NCBI GenBank assembly: GCA_964057225.1
Contig: OZ059897.1
Location: 8,432,001 to 8,496,000, forward strand
DNA length: 64,000 nt
Reading direction: 5' to 3'
DNA from: Auanema rhodensis
Lineage: Eukaryota > Animalia > Nematoda
The notes below the pieces were generated by a model. The model was not told the DNA's origin. It did not search any database and worked only from the letters and a program-made list of their open reading frames with translations. Of this stretch, positions 25,493 to 39,163 are shown piece by piece. Position 1 is the stretch's first letter, and every line of letters begins with the position of its first letter. The translations under genes were made by a program, and so were the position numbers.

Positions 25493-27381
25493 TTAGCTTT
25501 GCTTGGGACGATTCGGGATTCCTATCAATCCCAATGCTAGGGCTGATGGTGGAGGTAGACCAAATTCATTATTTCTTAAAAAAATATTAAGATTGTTGGT
25601 TGTTAAGATTAGATCTTATGGATTACCCTTGGCTCAGATGATCAGTGTAATTTGGTCCAGTGTCTGTGATTACTGGTCCTAGCACAGGTGGTTGTTCAAT
25701 TAGAGAGTTACTAGGTGTAGGCGGAGGTATTGGTTGATTTGTTGATATAGGCAATGATGATGATGATGAATTGCTTGAACTTGATGGTGCTGTTGATAAT
25801 TTGCTCATAGCTTGAACTACATCGTTATAAAAAGGATTATTTGCTGACAGCGGCACAGCAGTCGGCCAAGGAATATCAGAAAATGCAGATAAGTTTGATG
25901 AAGTAGAAGGATCTGATGACTGTGTAGGCTGGATTGGTTGTGGGTATGTAGGGTTTAGAACGATTGGTGGCGGTGTTGGCCATTGTTCATCCTGGGAATC
26001 AACAGTTCCACTACGTGATCTAACACCAGCATTATTGAGACCAGGCAAAGGAATTCCTATAGGTCTGCCTTAAAACGTGACAAAATTATTTTTGCTTTGT
26101 ACAACTAAAAGAACTCACGTGCATGAATTTGATTAGAAACATTCATTTCATCCTGGTATTGTGGATTGTTCCAATCAGATTGCGATGGTTGGTGGGCCTA
26201 AAACACAATTTGAACTGCTACTAATGGCACGTTAGCCAGTTTTCTTATTGTTATTCAAAACAAATAATAAAGAAATTTAAAAGTATCTAGTAAATATTCA
26301 ATTACTTGCCTGATAAATAGGAAATGATGGTGCTAACGACGGAACACCGGTAGTCACATCTATTAAACATGCTTCACTAGGAGTTGAGGGAGGAGTTCGC
26401 GTAGCTAGTTCTCTACAAATATTCTTTAAAGAATATTTCTCTAGTTAGTAGAAATTGAATGAAGACCAAGAAGTTTGCAGGAAACTTTGCGCAATGTTTG
26501 CAGGACTGCTGATTAGGATAAACAAAAAGTACACGTGATTCACGTCGAAAAAGCTACTATGTTATTGCATGATGCACGAAGCGGTTGTTTTTTTTGAACT
26601 ATGAAATTATAAATATAAAATTTCCAAATAAAAAATTTCAAACAAATTTTTGAATTGTTTGAATGATAAAGTATAATATTTCTATTAAACTATATGTATA
26701 TAATGTATACATATATGCTTATAGTTTCCTTCATAAACCATTTCTATTTGTTCATGTGTTGTCGTACCCTGTGGATGCTAATCGTTTAGCCAATTCTTCA
26801 TCTATGCGTAGTTGTTCTTGTGCCGCCTGATGTGCACGACGATCTTCTTCTGCATATTCAGCTGCTATACGTCTTGCCACTTCTTCATCTGATTCCACTC
26901 TACAATAGTTTATAGGTTTTATACAGAAGTGTGAACAATATATATTGTTATAAAAGAGAAGTACAAACAGTGACTGATTCGCATATCGTCTCTGACGGGC
27001 AGCAAAATCATCTTCCAGTTGCTGAAAATATGATTGAATGATGTTATTTGTACAGATGGACAGAAACTATTATTCCAAATTTGGTTGTGGAATGATACCA
27101 TACCTGTTGATTTTTCGAAATTTTCACATCAGTTCCAACTAAGCGACGTTCACTACGATTCATGTCATAATGTCTTAAAATATTGATCAAATTATGTTTA
27201 ATATCAGCAATTGCCATCACTCACATGCTATACTCATCGTTCTGTAAACGCTCAGCAAGATTATGATCCAAGTATTCTCTCAAACGACTACGAACTAAAA
27301 GTTGCAAAGTAGAAAAGTTACTCAAATACAAATATGAAGACAATAACCTTCTGACGGAAGAATTTGCTCTTCTACAGGCAT
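25493..27381 (-). CDS. CCDC50/Ymer N-terminal-like protein with MIU-type ubiquitin-binding helices and a Pro/Ser-rich tail
   Basis: Spliced: MPVEEQILPSE|VRSRLREYLDHNLAERLQNDEY..HYDMNRSERRLVGTDVKISKNQQ|QLEDDFAARQRRYANQ|VESDEEVARRIAAEYAEEDRRAHQAAQEQLRIDEELAKRLAS..., then Pro/Ser-rich exons (ORF 25623-26048) and a last exon ending ...LIGIPNRPKQS*. Parallels the recalled CCDC50 N-terminus ([32 protein letters not shown]...DEDIARLL). A TTTTTAG acceptor lies just before the ATG. Confidence 0.72.
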
Positions 27382-28397
27382 ACTAAAAATAAAATTATTT
27401 AAATATTATATGATATATAGATGTATATATAGTTATTTAAACATTATTAGAAATATATAAATAGCAATGAAAATCAAATATAAAATTGGAAAATTGGAAA
27501 ATGAACTTAAAAGATTTTAACGAACTATCAAGACGGTGAAAATATAAGAAGAGGGAGATGTATCATGATTGACGTTTAAATCTTATGAGTCATACAACAG
27601 TATGTCAGCATAACCGAAGCGTAAAGCTACGTTGACCCAATCTCAGCTGATCATATGTTTCAGCAATTGATCGAAATCTGTTTGACAAACAGTCAGCAAA
27701 AACGAAATTGAGAAAATAAATTTAGATTCAAACAAACTGATCCTCAATCATCAGCTAGAAATGCCAGTTAAGCATGAGTCGTTGAGAACTCAGTCAATAC
27801 TTGCATGATATTCAACTTTAATAGTAATTTCGTATGATCTATTGTATAGAATTCAGAGTTTAGAGTTTAGAATCTAGAATCTGAATCATATACCAGCTCA
27901 TTGGAATGATATTTCATTTATAAATGATTGTACATTGTAGATGAATGAATACATACATACATACATCGATGTATATCTTATCAAATAAAATATTTAATAA
28001 TAATAAATTGATTGTTTCTGATGAGATATATACATAAACATTACATTCTTTGACTTATTGCTGAATTGGTCAAAAGCCATGAGAATACTCGTTGATTGCA
28101 ATTAGGTAACCAGCAAATTGCATTGAATATATTTCCCCCACTATGTAATTTCTGATGAAAAAAAGAGAAAATTCTCAGGATACAATGAAGAAAATGTTTT
28201 TTTTTATTTCGTAGGGCTATACAATACACTTATACAGAAGATGATTCAGTTTTAAAGCTATTTCTATATAGTTTATTTACCTTTTTTCCCCAAAAAGCAT
28301 CTTCTATTCAATTATTAATGGTTACAACTTTGCTTACTGTTTAGCCAACGTGTTCAATAAATACCTGAAGATGTGAGAATTATTCCATTTCTGTAAG

Positions 28398-29593
28398 ATG
28401 AAATCCATCTTGCTGTTCCTGGTTTTTGCACAATTCTCACAAAGTTTGGCGGTAATTTCTCCCATCTTCATTCACTTTAAAGTTCTTAATTTCAGGGTGT
28501 TGTTTTGGAAAATGCTCGCTTCAATCGGCACCTGCTAAGGAAGTTAGCCAGAAAAGTGGATAGGGAATATGTTCTAACTGATGCTGTTAGAAATTTGATT
28601 GTAGTCAAAAAAAATTTTTTTTAATATTTTTTCAGAAACATGAGCCAATCAAAACATTAGCACGTCATGACCGAAACCTGGCTCGATTGAACAGCGACAT
28701 AGGGTGAGTCAGAGGGAGACAAGATGTTTACGTACATTCCAGTCAATATCTATTCGATGGAGATATGTTAGTTAGTCAAGAATTCTTAACTAATATAGTG
28801 GAAGATAGTGGACGAAACAAGCGTCAAGCTTACAAAGATAGGTATTACCCAAGTACAACTTGGTCAAAAGGCATTCCATATGAATTTGATCCTGAATTAC
28901 GTGAGTTGATACTTTCAACATGAGAAGACATCAAATTCTAGTCTACTTGAATAATAATAAAAGGTCAACATTCAGCTGAAGCAGCAATTGAAAGCTTAGA
29001 GAGAGCCATGGAATTCTGGCAAGACGAAACGTGCGTTACGTTTTACCCACGAAGTAGTGAAACTCAATACCTCTATTACACAGGTAAATTTCAATTTTTA
29101 TATAACTGAACAAAGAATATACAGAGAAATGAAAAGAAGAAAATAAACTATAAAGATATAAATAATTCAAATTTCAAACTTAACAATCGATGAAAGTATG
29201 AAAATCATAACGAAAATATTTAATATCTTCGCATATCGACAAGAAAACGAATCAGATCGATAAGAATTAATTGAAAGTGCTTTCATAAAACTTTTTTTTT
29301 TGTTCAAAAGAAGCAATTTTGAACTACTATTGAGAGCTTCTAGTGATAAAATTAATAATTGTTCATCATAAAATCAATTTTCTATTATATTGACAACACA
29401 GATTTTGAACAAAAACTTTAAAATGAATATAATATTTTGGGTTTGAAAATTAAATTTTTTTTCGAATTATACATATAACTAATCCTTTTATTAGATGAGA
29501 TTATTATTTGTGTATGTATTATTATAAAATACAGATTAAAAAAGACTAAACATATTAAATATAAAATATAAATAGCAATAAATGGTAAGTTAA

Positions 29594-29624
<31 letters not shown>

Positions 29625-31659
29625 CAGAGAGAGAGAGAGAGAAGTTAATGCTTGTTTGGTTTGAGATGTTAAAACATAGCTAAATGTGTGAATATTTTCA
29701 GGAAAATTTGAAAAAAAAAAGATTTTGAACGTATATGTTGTGAATTATTGTTTTTTATTTAATTTGAAAAACTAGCAATGAATAGCAAAACAAAATATTC
29801 TACAATGAATATTAATATTAAAAAGAAAAAATGGTTTTACCGCAATTGGTGGCACATGTCGTTGTGCTTTATCATTCCTGATAATACAATTATGAGGAAC
29901 GGTTGAATGAATTATAGATAACGTTTAGTACTTTTTTAAAAAAAGGAAAAGAAAAAAAGAAATATTATTAACATATTATTATTATTTTATTGAATAAAAA
30001 CAGAAATTTTGTAGGTCAGGAATCTGGATGTTTTTCCACTGTTGGTCGTGATACTACACAACCAAAACAAATAGTTAACATTGGACGTGGCTGCTATCAT
30101 GTAACTACTCTCATTCGTATCTTTATTTATATTTTTTAAACATGAGCATTTATGCGAATAAGCTTAAAGAACGTTGGAAAAAGTACATGGGAACGTTTTT
30201 AGTTTGGAGTCACATCACATGAAGTTGCACATTCAATTGGACTTTTCCATCATCAACAAAGAACTGATCGAGATAACTTTATTCGATTCATTAAAGATAA
30301 TGTTCCAGCTTCATATTTACAAAACTTTGCTAAGGTGTGTAAAGATTCTGTATAATTATCTTTTACAAGCTTTGAAACGAATGTACACAGATTCAATGTA
30401 CTTTAGATCTCAGCAACGTTCTTATCTTCTTATGACACACCTTATGATGTTGGAAGTGTGATGCATTATACGCCAACAGAGTTAGTTTGATTAATGGTAT
30501 GCCATCTTATCATATTCGTTTTCCAGATTTGCTATTAATCACTTTCAACCGGCTCTTGAAGCAATTGATGCAAATCTTCAAGGAACCATGGGATCAATGG
30601 ATAAGCCATCCTTCCTGGATGTGCAACTAGTCAATCGTCACTATCAATGTGCAGGTTAGCATCTAATAAACAATCGTTCAAAATGTTGAATCATCTAGAG
30701 AAGTGCAAGAATCAAACAGATTTACCTCTCTGCATCAATGGTGGATACGTGGATCCATTGAATTGCTCCATCTGCAAGTAAAACTATTCTATTAATAAGC
30801 AAAATGTAATAATCAAATTATCAGATGTCCTAGTGGTTTTGGTGGGGACCGTTGTCACTTGATTGAATCATCAGCACCTATGCCATGCGGCGGCTTATTA
30901 CCGGCCAGTTCAACCTTACAACGCCTCAAAATTAGTTTGAAAGCTGGAACAAAAAGAAGACAATGTATTTATCAAATCAGGGTTTGTTTACTGTGTTTTC
31001 TATCTGAGCAAAATCTTGATTAACAACTTGTTAGGCTCCGAAAAATCGTCGAGTAATGATTGGTATCGAGAAAATGCAAGGAAAATGTCAAGAAGGTTGC
31101 TATACCACGGGAATGGAAATTAAGATGAAAGGAGATTTTCGTCCAGTTGGATATAGGTTAAACATCATTTTTTCCAAATTTATTTGAATAATCTAACCGG
31201 ATCCTACAACAGATTCTGTTGCCAAGCTCATTCATTCCGACGAGTTTTATCTGTCTCCAGTGCTGCTCCTGTCATGTTTTTTGCTGTCAATGGAACATTA
31301 GAGGCAACTATCTATTATAGATGGGGTATATATAAACTATTCTGATTATACAAGACTAACTATGCTTTTTCAGTAGTTGACACTCCAGATGCTGAAGATA
31401 CAACTAATCTAACACAAGATGAATTGAGCGAAATATATGATCAGAGAAATGATGATTTTGGACTCGATATGCAAGTTTTGAGACGGAAAATCAATACCGT
31501 ATCTGATAATTTGAATGTAATTACAACTAATTCAATAAGTATTACAATAATAAAACCTAATTGCAGCATTTGAAAGCTCACGATGAAGATGAAGAAGCTG
31601 AATTACTGAAAGCCATCGGCAGTAATGGTGCTAGTGATTATGACTTCAGTATATATTAA
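28398..31659 (+). CDS. Astacin (M12A, nas-family) metalloprotease: signal, prodomain, protease, EGF, CUB, acidic tail
   Basis: Signal MKSILLFLVFAQFSQSLA, prodomain LFDGDM, furin site RNKR|QA, then FWQDETCVTF and GCFSTVGR. Zinc motif HEVAHSIGLFH and Met-turn [38 protein letters not shown]. CUB CGG...CIYQIRAP...CQEGC...GYRFCC. Ends ...DYDFSIY*. Confidence 0.93.
29594..29642. repeat. (GA)n microsatellite in an astacin intron
   Basis: Read directly from the sequence. Confidence 0.9.
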
Positions 31660-31919
31660 TGAAATTAAAATATAATTATAAAAATATATTTATTGATTAA
31701 TTAGTGTCTATAATTTCATATAAAATACCCGTTATTGAAGCAAAAAAAAAACAAAAAATGATATGATTTGGAGAGACTAAAATTAACAAAAAAAAGAGAA
31801 ATACAACAGGAATATAAAGAGAAAAGAGGACACGGCAATCAGATCATTTTTCATTGAGTTCACCTATAATTTAACTAGATTTCTTAGATATCATCATCTA
31901 GTTGTACATCTGGTTGCTA

Positions 31920-34613
31920 TTAATCTCCAAAAATATTTTTATTTGTATATTGATATTGCCTATAGCAGTTTTTGATTGTTTCAAATACTTGAAGACATGA
32001 TATGTATTCTAGAACATTAGCTGGTGTTGCCTGTAATAATCAAATAGTTTTCAGATGTTACTATAGGTGTTGAAGCATACCTGATGAGTTTTGCAGAATG
32101 GCATACATCTACCGCCGAGGAATGTTTGTAAACCTGCAGCTTGACAGCATGATGTATGGTCAGCCTATTGAAAAGGAAAGTGAATTAAAGTTCAGAACGT
32201 TATAACTTTTTTTAATCTTCAGAAGTGTATCTTTACCTTTGATGAAGCGCAATCATAAGCTTTTCCTAATTGAGGTCCGGGACACTGGTTTGTCAGGAAT
32301 GCTGAGACAAGCTGCAAAAGAAAAGCGCCTTTTATGAAAATTGTTCTAATGTTTTCAAAATATTTTTTTGAAAACAAATTAGTGAGTACTAACCGTTTTA
32401 TCAGAGAAAGCATCGAAGTCACAGAGCGATTGACATGTTGAGCTGACTTGCTGTTTTCGACAACATAAGGCTAATTTCTGATTTGGGTTTAATCCAGAAG
32501 ACGCCGAGGACGATGCTGATGCTGACGACGATGATGACATCATGCTTGTCATTGATGTTAACGAAGGACCACCAATAGTTGGTCGTATTGGAACGATTGG
32601 CGATGGTTGTACAGCAGGTTGAGTATATGGGCGAATTGTAGTTGTTTGATATGGTTGAGGTGCAGCTATACCCTTAACAAAAGGAATAATTAGCAGTTGA
32701 AGCTTGAAACAGCATAAGCTGCACTAACTTGAACAGGTTTGCTGGGTTGTGGACTATAGATGGAGTTCACCATGTGTGGATGATTTTTCATATATTCTCG
32801 CAGGTTTTCTGTTTTCGATCTTGGAATTGTTCCATCAATACTGATAAATCTGGAATAGCGTTGTTAAGAAAGCTGATATTCCAAGGTTTTTATTTCAAAC
32901 CTGGATTTCTTCTCTGTTACAAAAGTTTTAGCTGAAGGCTTATATGGCATAAAGGGTTGCTGGAAATCCATTTTATCAATCTGTGGTCGAGAATCAATAG
33001 AGAATTCTTCTACTGGAGGCTTCATATTAGTAGGAGGTCCTAGTTCTTCTCCACCTGTAAAACCTTGGTTTACAGCCTGATAAAGCTACTTACTGAACGG
33101 AAGGGGTGGAATTGAATCAATTTCTCTTGTTTTCGAGAATCCAACCCTGAGCGGGCTTTTGTGAATCATCTGTGAATCAATCTCTCTATGCTGTAAGTGT
33201 TGATGTAATGCATTTCATGAAAATTACACGCTTTCATACCATATAACCTTGGATAGGCATCTGATGCAGTTGTTGCTGTTGAGGTATAGCTCCAGATGCT
33301 GTCCATGGTGGATTACTAGTTCCTATTGGAAGGAATGGATAAGCAGTAAGATTCAACGGATTAGCTGAAGAGTTGTTTGAAAAAACAATGTTCTCTGAGT
33401 CATAACTCACTTATGCCAGATTGAGGTAGATTCAATAGGTTCGCAAATGGGTTTGCTGGTGGGAATCCTGGTGCAGGTGTCACTTCAAACAGCTGAGTAA
33501 AGAGGTTGGGTGGAGCTCTCAAAGGATCTCTATAAAAACTTGTTCATAACAGATTATTGGATAAAACAAAGGCTACCGTGGTGGGATTTGCCATGGCTGA
33601 GCGGGAAAGCGAACCAGTGAGGTTTGCGTGCGATCAACATTAGCCGGAGGTGGTGGTCTATAAAGAATAAATTTTCTAAACTTGAATGACAACGTAATCC
33701 AACCTGAATTGGATATTATCAATGACAGCGGGAGGTTTCTGAAATATCTATCTGTTTATTTAGAATTTTATTTCTTCCTTACGGTGTATTTGAATGGAGG
33801 CAGAGGAGTTGTTGCAACAGGAGGCAGCGTAACCAGCTTTAGCGGTGAAGGCGTGCCATAGCCCGTTTGACGAACAGATGGTTTTAAAGGCGACAAGGCT
33901 GTTTCAAGTGCATCTCCTCGACCGCCATTTACGACGATGTCTGTAGTTGATTCAGGTAGATCGAATCGTACAGCTACAGTAGTTCGAGCCGGTGGAGCAG
34001 TAACGAAGACGGGGTCAAGTGTTTCGACATCTATTCGACGACGTTGTTCATAAACTTCGAAAAAAATTTCTTTGAATATAAATTATGAGAAAGAATATAC
34101 CATCTGAATCCTCAGCGTTCACATTCATATACATTCGTTCTTTGGTTATAATTCTCTCATCTGCAAGAGGAGCAAAGATGATATCAGAAGCAGAGGAGCC
34201 ACGATGACGATTCCATCTCATAGGAGAAGAAGAATCTAAAATTTCCAAAAAAAAAAAAATAATTCTTATGAATAAAAATAAATTGAAAAAAAGAATTAGT
34301 AAAGGTTTAAGAAACAAAAAGTTAAGAAAGAAAAAAGAAATTACCTCTCTGTTTTCGTTGATCACGTTGAAATGATCGACTATGATCACCAATAACTCTT
34401 ACTAACGGATTATATTCCTAAAAACAAATAGTTTTTAATATATTTTGAAAAGAATAAATAATATTTGTTTATTTCATATATATTAATAACTTTTTTTGTT
34501 TAAAAAAAAACAACAAATATAGAAGCTTTATGATGTGAAATAGAGAAATAACTTACTGCATATCCTATAACATATAATGATGTTAAAACCAGTAAATGTA
34601 ACCAAATATACAT
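31920..34613 (-). CDS. Secreted Pro/Thr-rich protein with a C-terminal nematode DB module
   Basis: Signal exon MYIWLHLLVLTSLYVIGYA follows a TTTCAG acceptor, then many Pro/Thr-rich exons. The C-terminus PNQKLALCCRKQQVSSTCQSLCDFD...NQCP...AYDCASSKADHTSCC...CMPFC...ISCLQVFETIKNCYRQY...NIFGD* has the DB-module cysteine pattern. Confidence 0.82.
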
Positions 34614-37600
34614 CTGGTTCTGAAATTAAAAAAAAAGAAAAAAATGAAGAATATTTATAGAAAACAAGAAAAATGAAAGAAAGATGAAGTTTTACAAGCA
34701 AAGCGAACACATATTTGGATTTGAAGGTAAAGGAAAATCATAATCAGATGGCTATATTCAGCTTTTCATCTCATCTCAGGCAAGTACGTAGCTAAGAATA
34801 AGAATTTGAAAATCATCTGAATGTACTATGTAATACGGTTTCAAGAAATAATAATTCAGAAGAGAATATACACGTTTTTGGATAATAAATTAGATTTGAA
34901 ATAGTTTCAATGGATATATATGCACATGTACATTTTGTGGAAGAAAAAGGTCAGTAAGATGACGAATGGGTAACGAGTCTAGCGTACTTACTGAAGAAGA
35001 AGTATACAAAGACCATATCGGACTGGAATTCTGTCTACGAACTCATTCATCCAGCATACTCTCTTCATCCAGCAACGAAATTGACGTCGTCGATTGTTTC
35101 CGGTCCTTCGAACGGTATACAGATGACGTTACTGAGATGGAAAGCTTAACATGGCTTCACAATTTGCCTAATACAAACTAGCCAGCTAGCAAATTGACCA
35201 TGAGTCAATCGATTTAAGTTATGGTTCTACAAAGAAAAGACGGCAAAAATCTATAAAATTGAAAGATTTACAGTTGATATTGCACTATTAAAATAGGATG
35301 TTGAGGTGACAGCAACGGCAAATTGTAGGATTGAGAAGCAGTGAAAAAGCTAAAAAGAAGCTAGAAACGCCTTAGCAACAGTCCACTATAGCCAATAGAT
35401 CTTGCAATATCTCAGTTAGCATGGTGGGAAAAGACAGGCTAAATGTATTTAGCTGTCAAGGAACAATTGATGCAAGACAAATTTAAAAGATTAGCCTTCT
35501 GTTAAGCAACTTCTCTTCATTTGTGTTGACGTCGACAGATGACGCCAACGGTGTTGTCATGATGAACGCGGTTGTCTTCCTTCTTCATGATCATGGTCGT
35601 CGTCGTCATCGTCGCCGTTGTTATCGTCGCCTCTCCTAGTCTTCGCTATTCATCTACTCTGTCTCAGATTTCAATAGTCCAATGGATCTTGGCTGCTTGC
35701 TGTCTTGTCCCGTCGCTCGTCGATCGTCACATGCCCTCTGCTATCCAGATATGGACACAGGTGCAGAATGAAGAAGAAACGCAACGGGTTGTGTGAGATC
35801 TTAAACGATTGAAAGGAAAGCCAATTGATTACGTGATACTGTTCTTTGAAGTGTTTTAGTGTAGAATCACTAAAAGCTTTAAACTACAAAGATAAATCTG
35901 AGAAAATACTTCTTTCTCTTGTTTAAAAAAAACTTTTTATTCAAGAAGACGTACTGTAATCTTTCAAATGATTCATGTAAAAGGGGTAAAAGCTAGAGTG
36001 CAAATGTAAAATAGTAAAATGACGAAAGGGATTAACCAATTAAAACCAAAAGGAAAAGAAGAAAAGAGAAATATTGGTGTTGAAATCAGTAAAACAAAAA
36101 ATTTTGATATGTTTTTAATCTTATTAGCTTTCCAAAGATATCTTTTATCATTGTCAGTTTAGTTTTTTCAGCTTTTTTAAGATAAAAACTGAAATCAATA
36201 GCCAATTTTCTTCTAAATGACATGTTGACTAGCCGATACAAGCGGCTAACAAAGACAAGATCTTGCGACATATCTCGAAGCCCGCATGGTTGGGGTTGAC
36301 GAGAGGTAACACAAGAGATTGGGTTGAGAAAAGAAAATTCTTATGTATGTGATAAAAAAAATTTGGGGTTAAGCTGATAGATTAAGTGAAAATACGAGAG
36401 AACATCTGAGATAGAGTGAGAGAAAAAGAGAGAGAAGTACTTGGAATTCTGGTGTTGACGATGAAAAATATCTGAGATTCATCATAGAATGAAGAATGAT
36501 TATCATGCTCCTAGTAGGCTTTTACCCATCTATCTCAACATTTTTTTCCTTTGTGTTCTCGAAGTATCCAGCTTTTCGTATTTCCTTAAGCAATACATCT
36601 TCTACCCGTTTTTTTTTGATTTCTATAAGATGAGACGTAATGACTGAAGCTAATTTCAATTTTTTCCCATAAATGTTCGAATGTGATTGAATAATATAAT
36701 ATCATGGATAATCCGAATTAATGCTGTAAACTATGCTCAAGTTTTCATATAAAATATATTTATTATCTACGGAATATAAGCTTATCTAATAGTAAACAGG
36801 TGGAAAATCTTAATTTTAATCTCATTATGGTTAATGAATTCAAACTTCAATTAAAAACTTAATTTAATGCTTTAAGTGTCTTCAGAACTCTCATTTAAAC
36901 GGATTAAATCTCATATGAAATATCGATTAAATGCGAAACTTTGTTCATTTTATGACGTTCAAAATTTATTTTTTCATATAATTACCGTTTCATGGGAAAG
37001 TTCATAATTACCGGAAGCAGTGTGTACATCTTAACAAGCGTTGTCGGTATTTCCTTTTATCTTTACATGTTACCGTGTACCTTGTATAACCTCAGGTCAT
37101 GAACAAGCCATCATACATGTACTTTTCATAACAAAACTTAATGAACATGACAAGCATGAGAATGAAATTGATGAGAAAAGTTTGAACACAAATGGATATA
37201 AAAGTGTTTCGAACGACCATTCATCTCATCATTCAGCTTTGTGCCTCTTCTGCCAAGCCTCTACATTGCCTACTTGGCTCGCTTTCAATTATCCATTTTA
37301 CTTTGTCAACTCATCATCACATCATCATCATCATCATCATCATCACATCCCATTTCAGCAAACGATTCTAAGATTCGTTGTGTTTTCTTCCCAAAAACTA
37401 AATTTTTCTTTTATTATCCTATATCATATAATATTTTTCATAATAATCATACCATATACCATCTCACACAAGGACTAAAGTCTAAAGTTTACTTTTGTCT
37501 GCCAATGGTATGATATATACTATCATCCTATTTTTCTTTAAAACTTATTCTAACTAAACCAAAAAAAAACAAATCTTATCTTATATTCTTAAATATAAAA

Positions 37601-37887
37601 CAGTTCTCTTCTTCCCTAATTATTCACCTAAGTCTACTAGACTACATCATCTGTCCATCTTTTCATAGCCTAAAATATATTTTTTGATAATCCAATCATG
37701 TTCATCCGGGAGAAAAAAAAATTATGCTCACAGCATATTTTACTGACAGCAAGTCATGTTTTTGATAGCAAAATTCTATATATATATTGGATGTTTCAGT
37801 TAATTCAGTCAGCATTCACACTTCTCTCCATCTCTTTCCCTCTCAGACAAATCTTATTCTCTTCCTTCTGGACTACCTTCATGTCTC

Positions 37888-37889
<2 letters not shown>

Positions 37890-37936
<47 letters not shown>
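37890..37936. repeat. (CT)n microsatellite
   Basis: Read directly; lies just upstream of the gene at 38040. Confidence 0.9.
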
Positions 37937-38039
37937 GTTTGTCTTTTATTCTCACGTTTCGTTTTTTTGTTGGCTTTTTTCAATTTTTTTCCTCATTTTT
38001 TCATTTTTTTCAGAACAAACGTACTACTCACTACTAATC

Positions 38040-38833
38040 ATGCCTTCAATTATTCGACGAGTTGTTGATCACTTGAACAAGCTTGGAAAGAAAAAGAAGA
38101 TTCATCCAACTAAATCAACTGCTGATCTACCAATTCCTCATGAAGATGATCATTTCATTCCAATTGATATGGATGAAGATGATGAACATTACTATGAAGT
38201 TGTTTCTATTGAAAATGGACGACTTGATCTCTTCAACTGCTCCAAAGTGTAAGATTTCAAATTTCATCAGTTTTCCTATTAATGTCTAAGCTTTTTCAGT
38301 GAGGAGATGGAAATTGATAGCTTCACTCATGTAATAACTCAAGAAAGTAAATGCATTGAGGTAAGATTTCTATAAATATTTGAAATAATTTTGTTAATTT
38401 CTTTCTGATTTCAGAAACAGCGCGAACTTTGTGCTCAACTCCGACTTCGATACCTTTTCGCCGAAGCTCGCTTCATGCAGAAAGAAGAAGAGCTTCGCCA
38501 CCTTGAGCAAGTTCGATTTGAAGCTGCTTTGGAAGGAAGATTCAGCCAAGACGAATCACTCGTTATGCACAATACCAACCAAACATTGCAAGAAGAAGTC
38601 AAGGTATGTTGTAATTCAGCTACACCTTTCCCTCCCTCTCTCTCTCTCTGTATCTCTCTAACTTTATACAAAACCCTTTTAAAACTTTTTCGTTCCAATT
38701 AAAAAATTATTTTTTCCAGACATTGGATGCAAAACGTCGTCAATTGCGCAATAAATTCCTCTTTGAGCATGAGAAATACATGCAATCATGCCAGACACTA
38801 GATGCTCTGAAGCAATCAGTGGAAAATCATTAA
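38040..38833 (+). CDS. Uncharacterised 4-exon protein with a basic N-terminus, an acidic patch and a coiled coil
   Basis: TTTTTCAG acceptor ~27 nt before the ATG. In-frame splicing gives MPSIIRRVVDHLNKLGKKKKIHP...DMDEDDEHYY...|EEMEIDSF...|KQRELCAQLRLRYLFAEARF...QEEVK|TLDAKRRQLRNKFLFEHEKY...SVENH*. AATAAA at 39069. Confidence 0.75.
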
Positions 38834-39163
38834 TGAAATAAGAAAACCAACTATACAGATCTCTACGAAATCAATTAGAATCTCTTGAATATGCTCAACT
38901 GTTTTGCAAGAACTGTTTTATTTTCTTGAAACTCTTTCTTCAATCTTTAATATATTTTAAATAATTTAATTTGTTTGTATTGTCACCTTCAGACCCTTTG
39001 CATGTTTTTGCTTTTTAAATTTTATGTTCCAATGTGCATGATAGAAACAATCAAATATGAAAAACTTAAATAAAAATCTTCACAATTTACGAATTTGTTC
39101 TTTTTCTGCGAAAAAATTCAGCGGAAAACAAGTATGAATCAGTTATTTCATCTCATAGTCAGC

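Noticed and set aside
37041-37513. ORFs with poly-His or poly-Ser
   Set aside because: Produced by a (CAT)n microsatellite; no splice or homology support.
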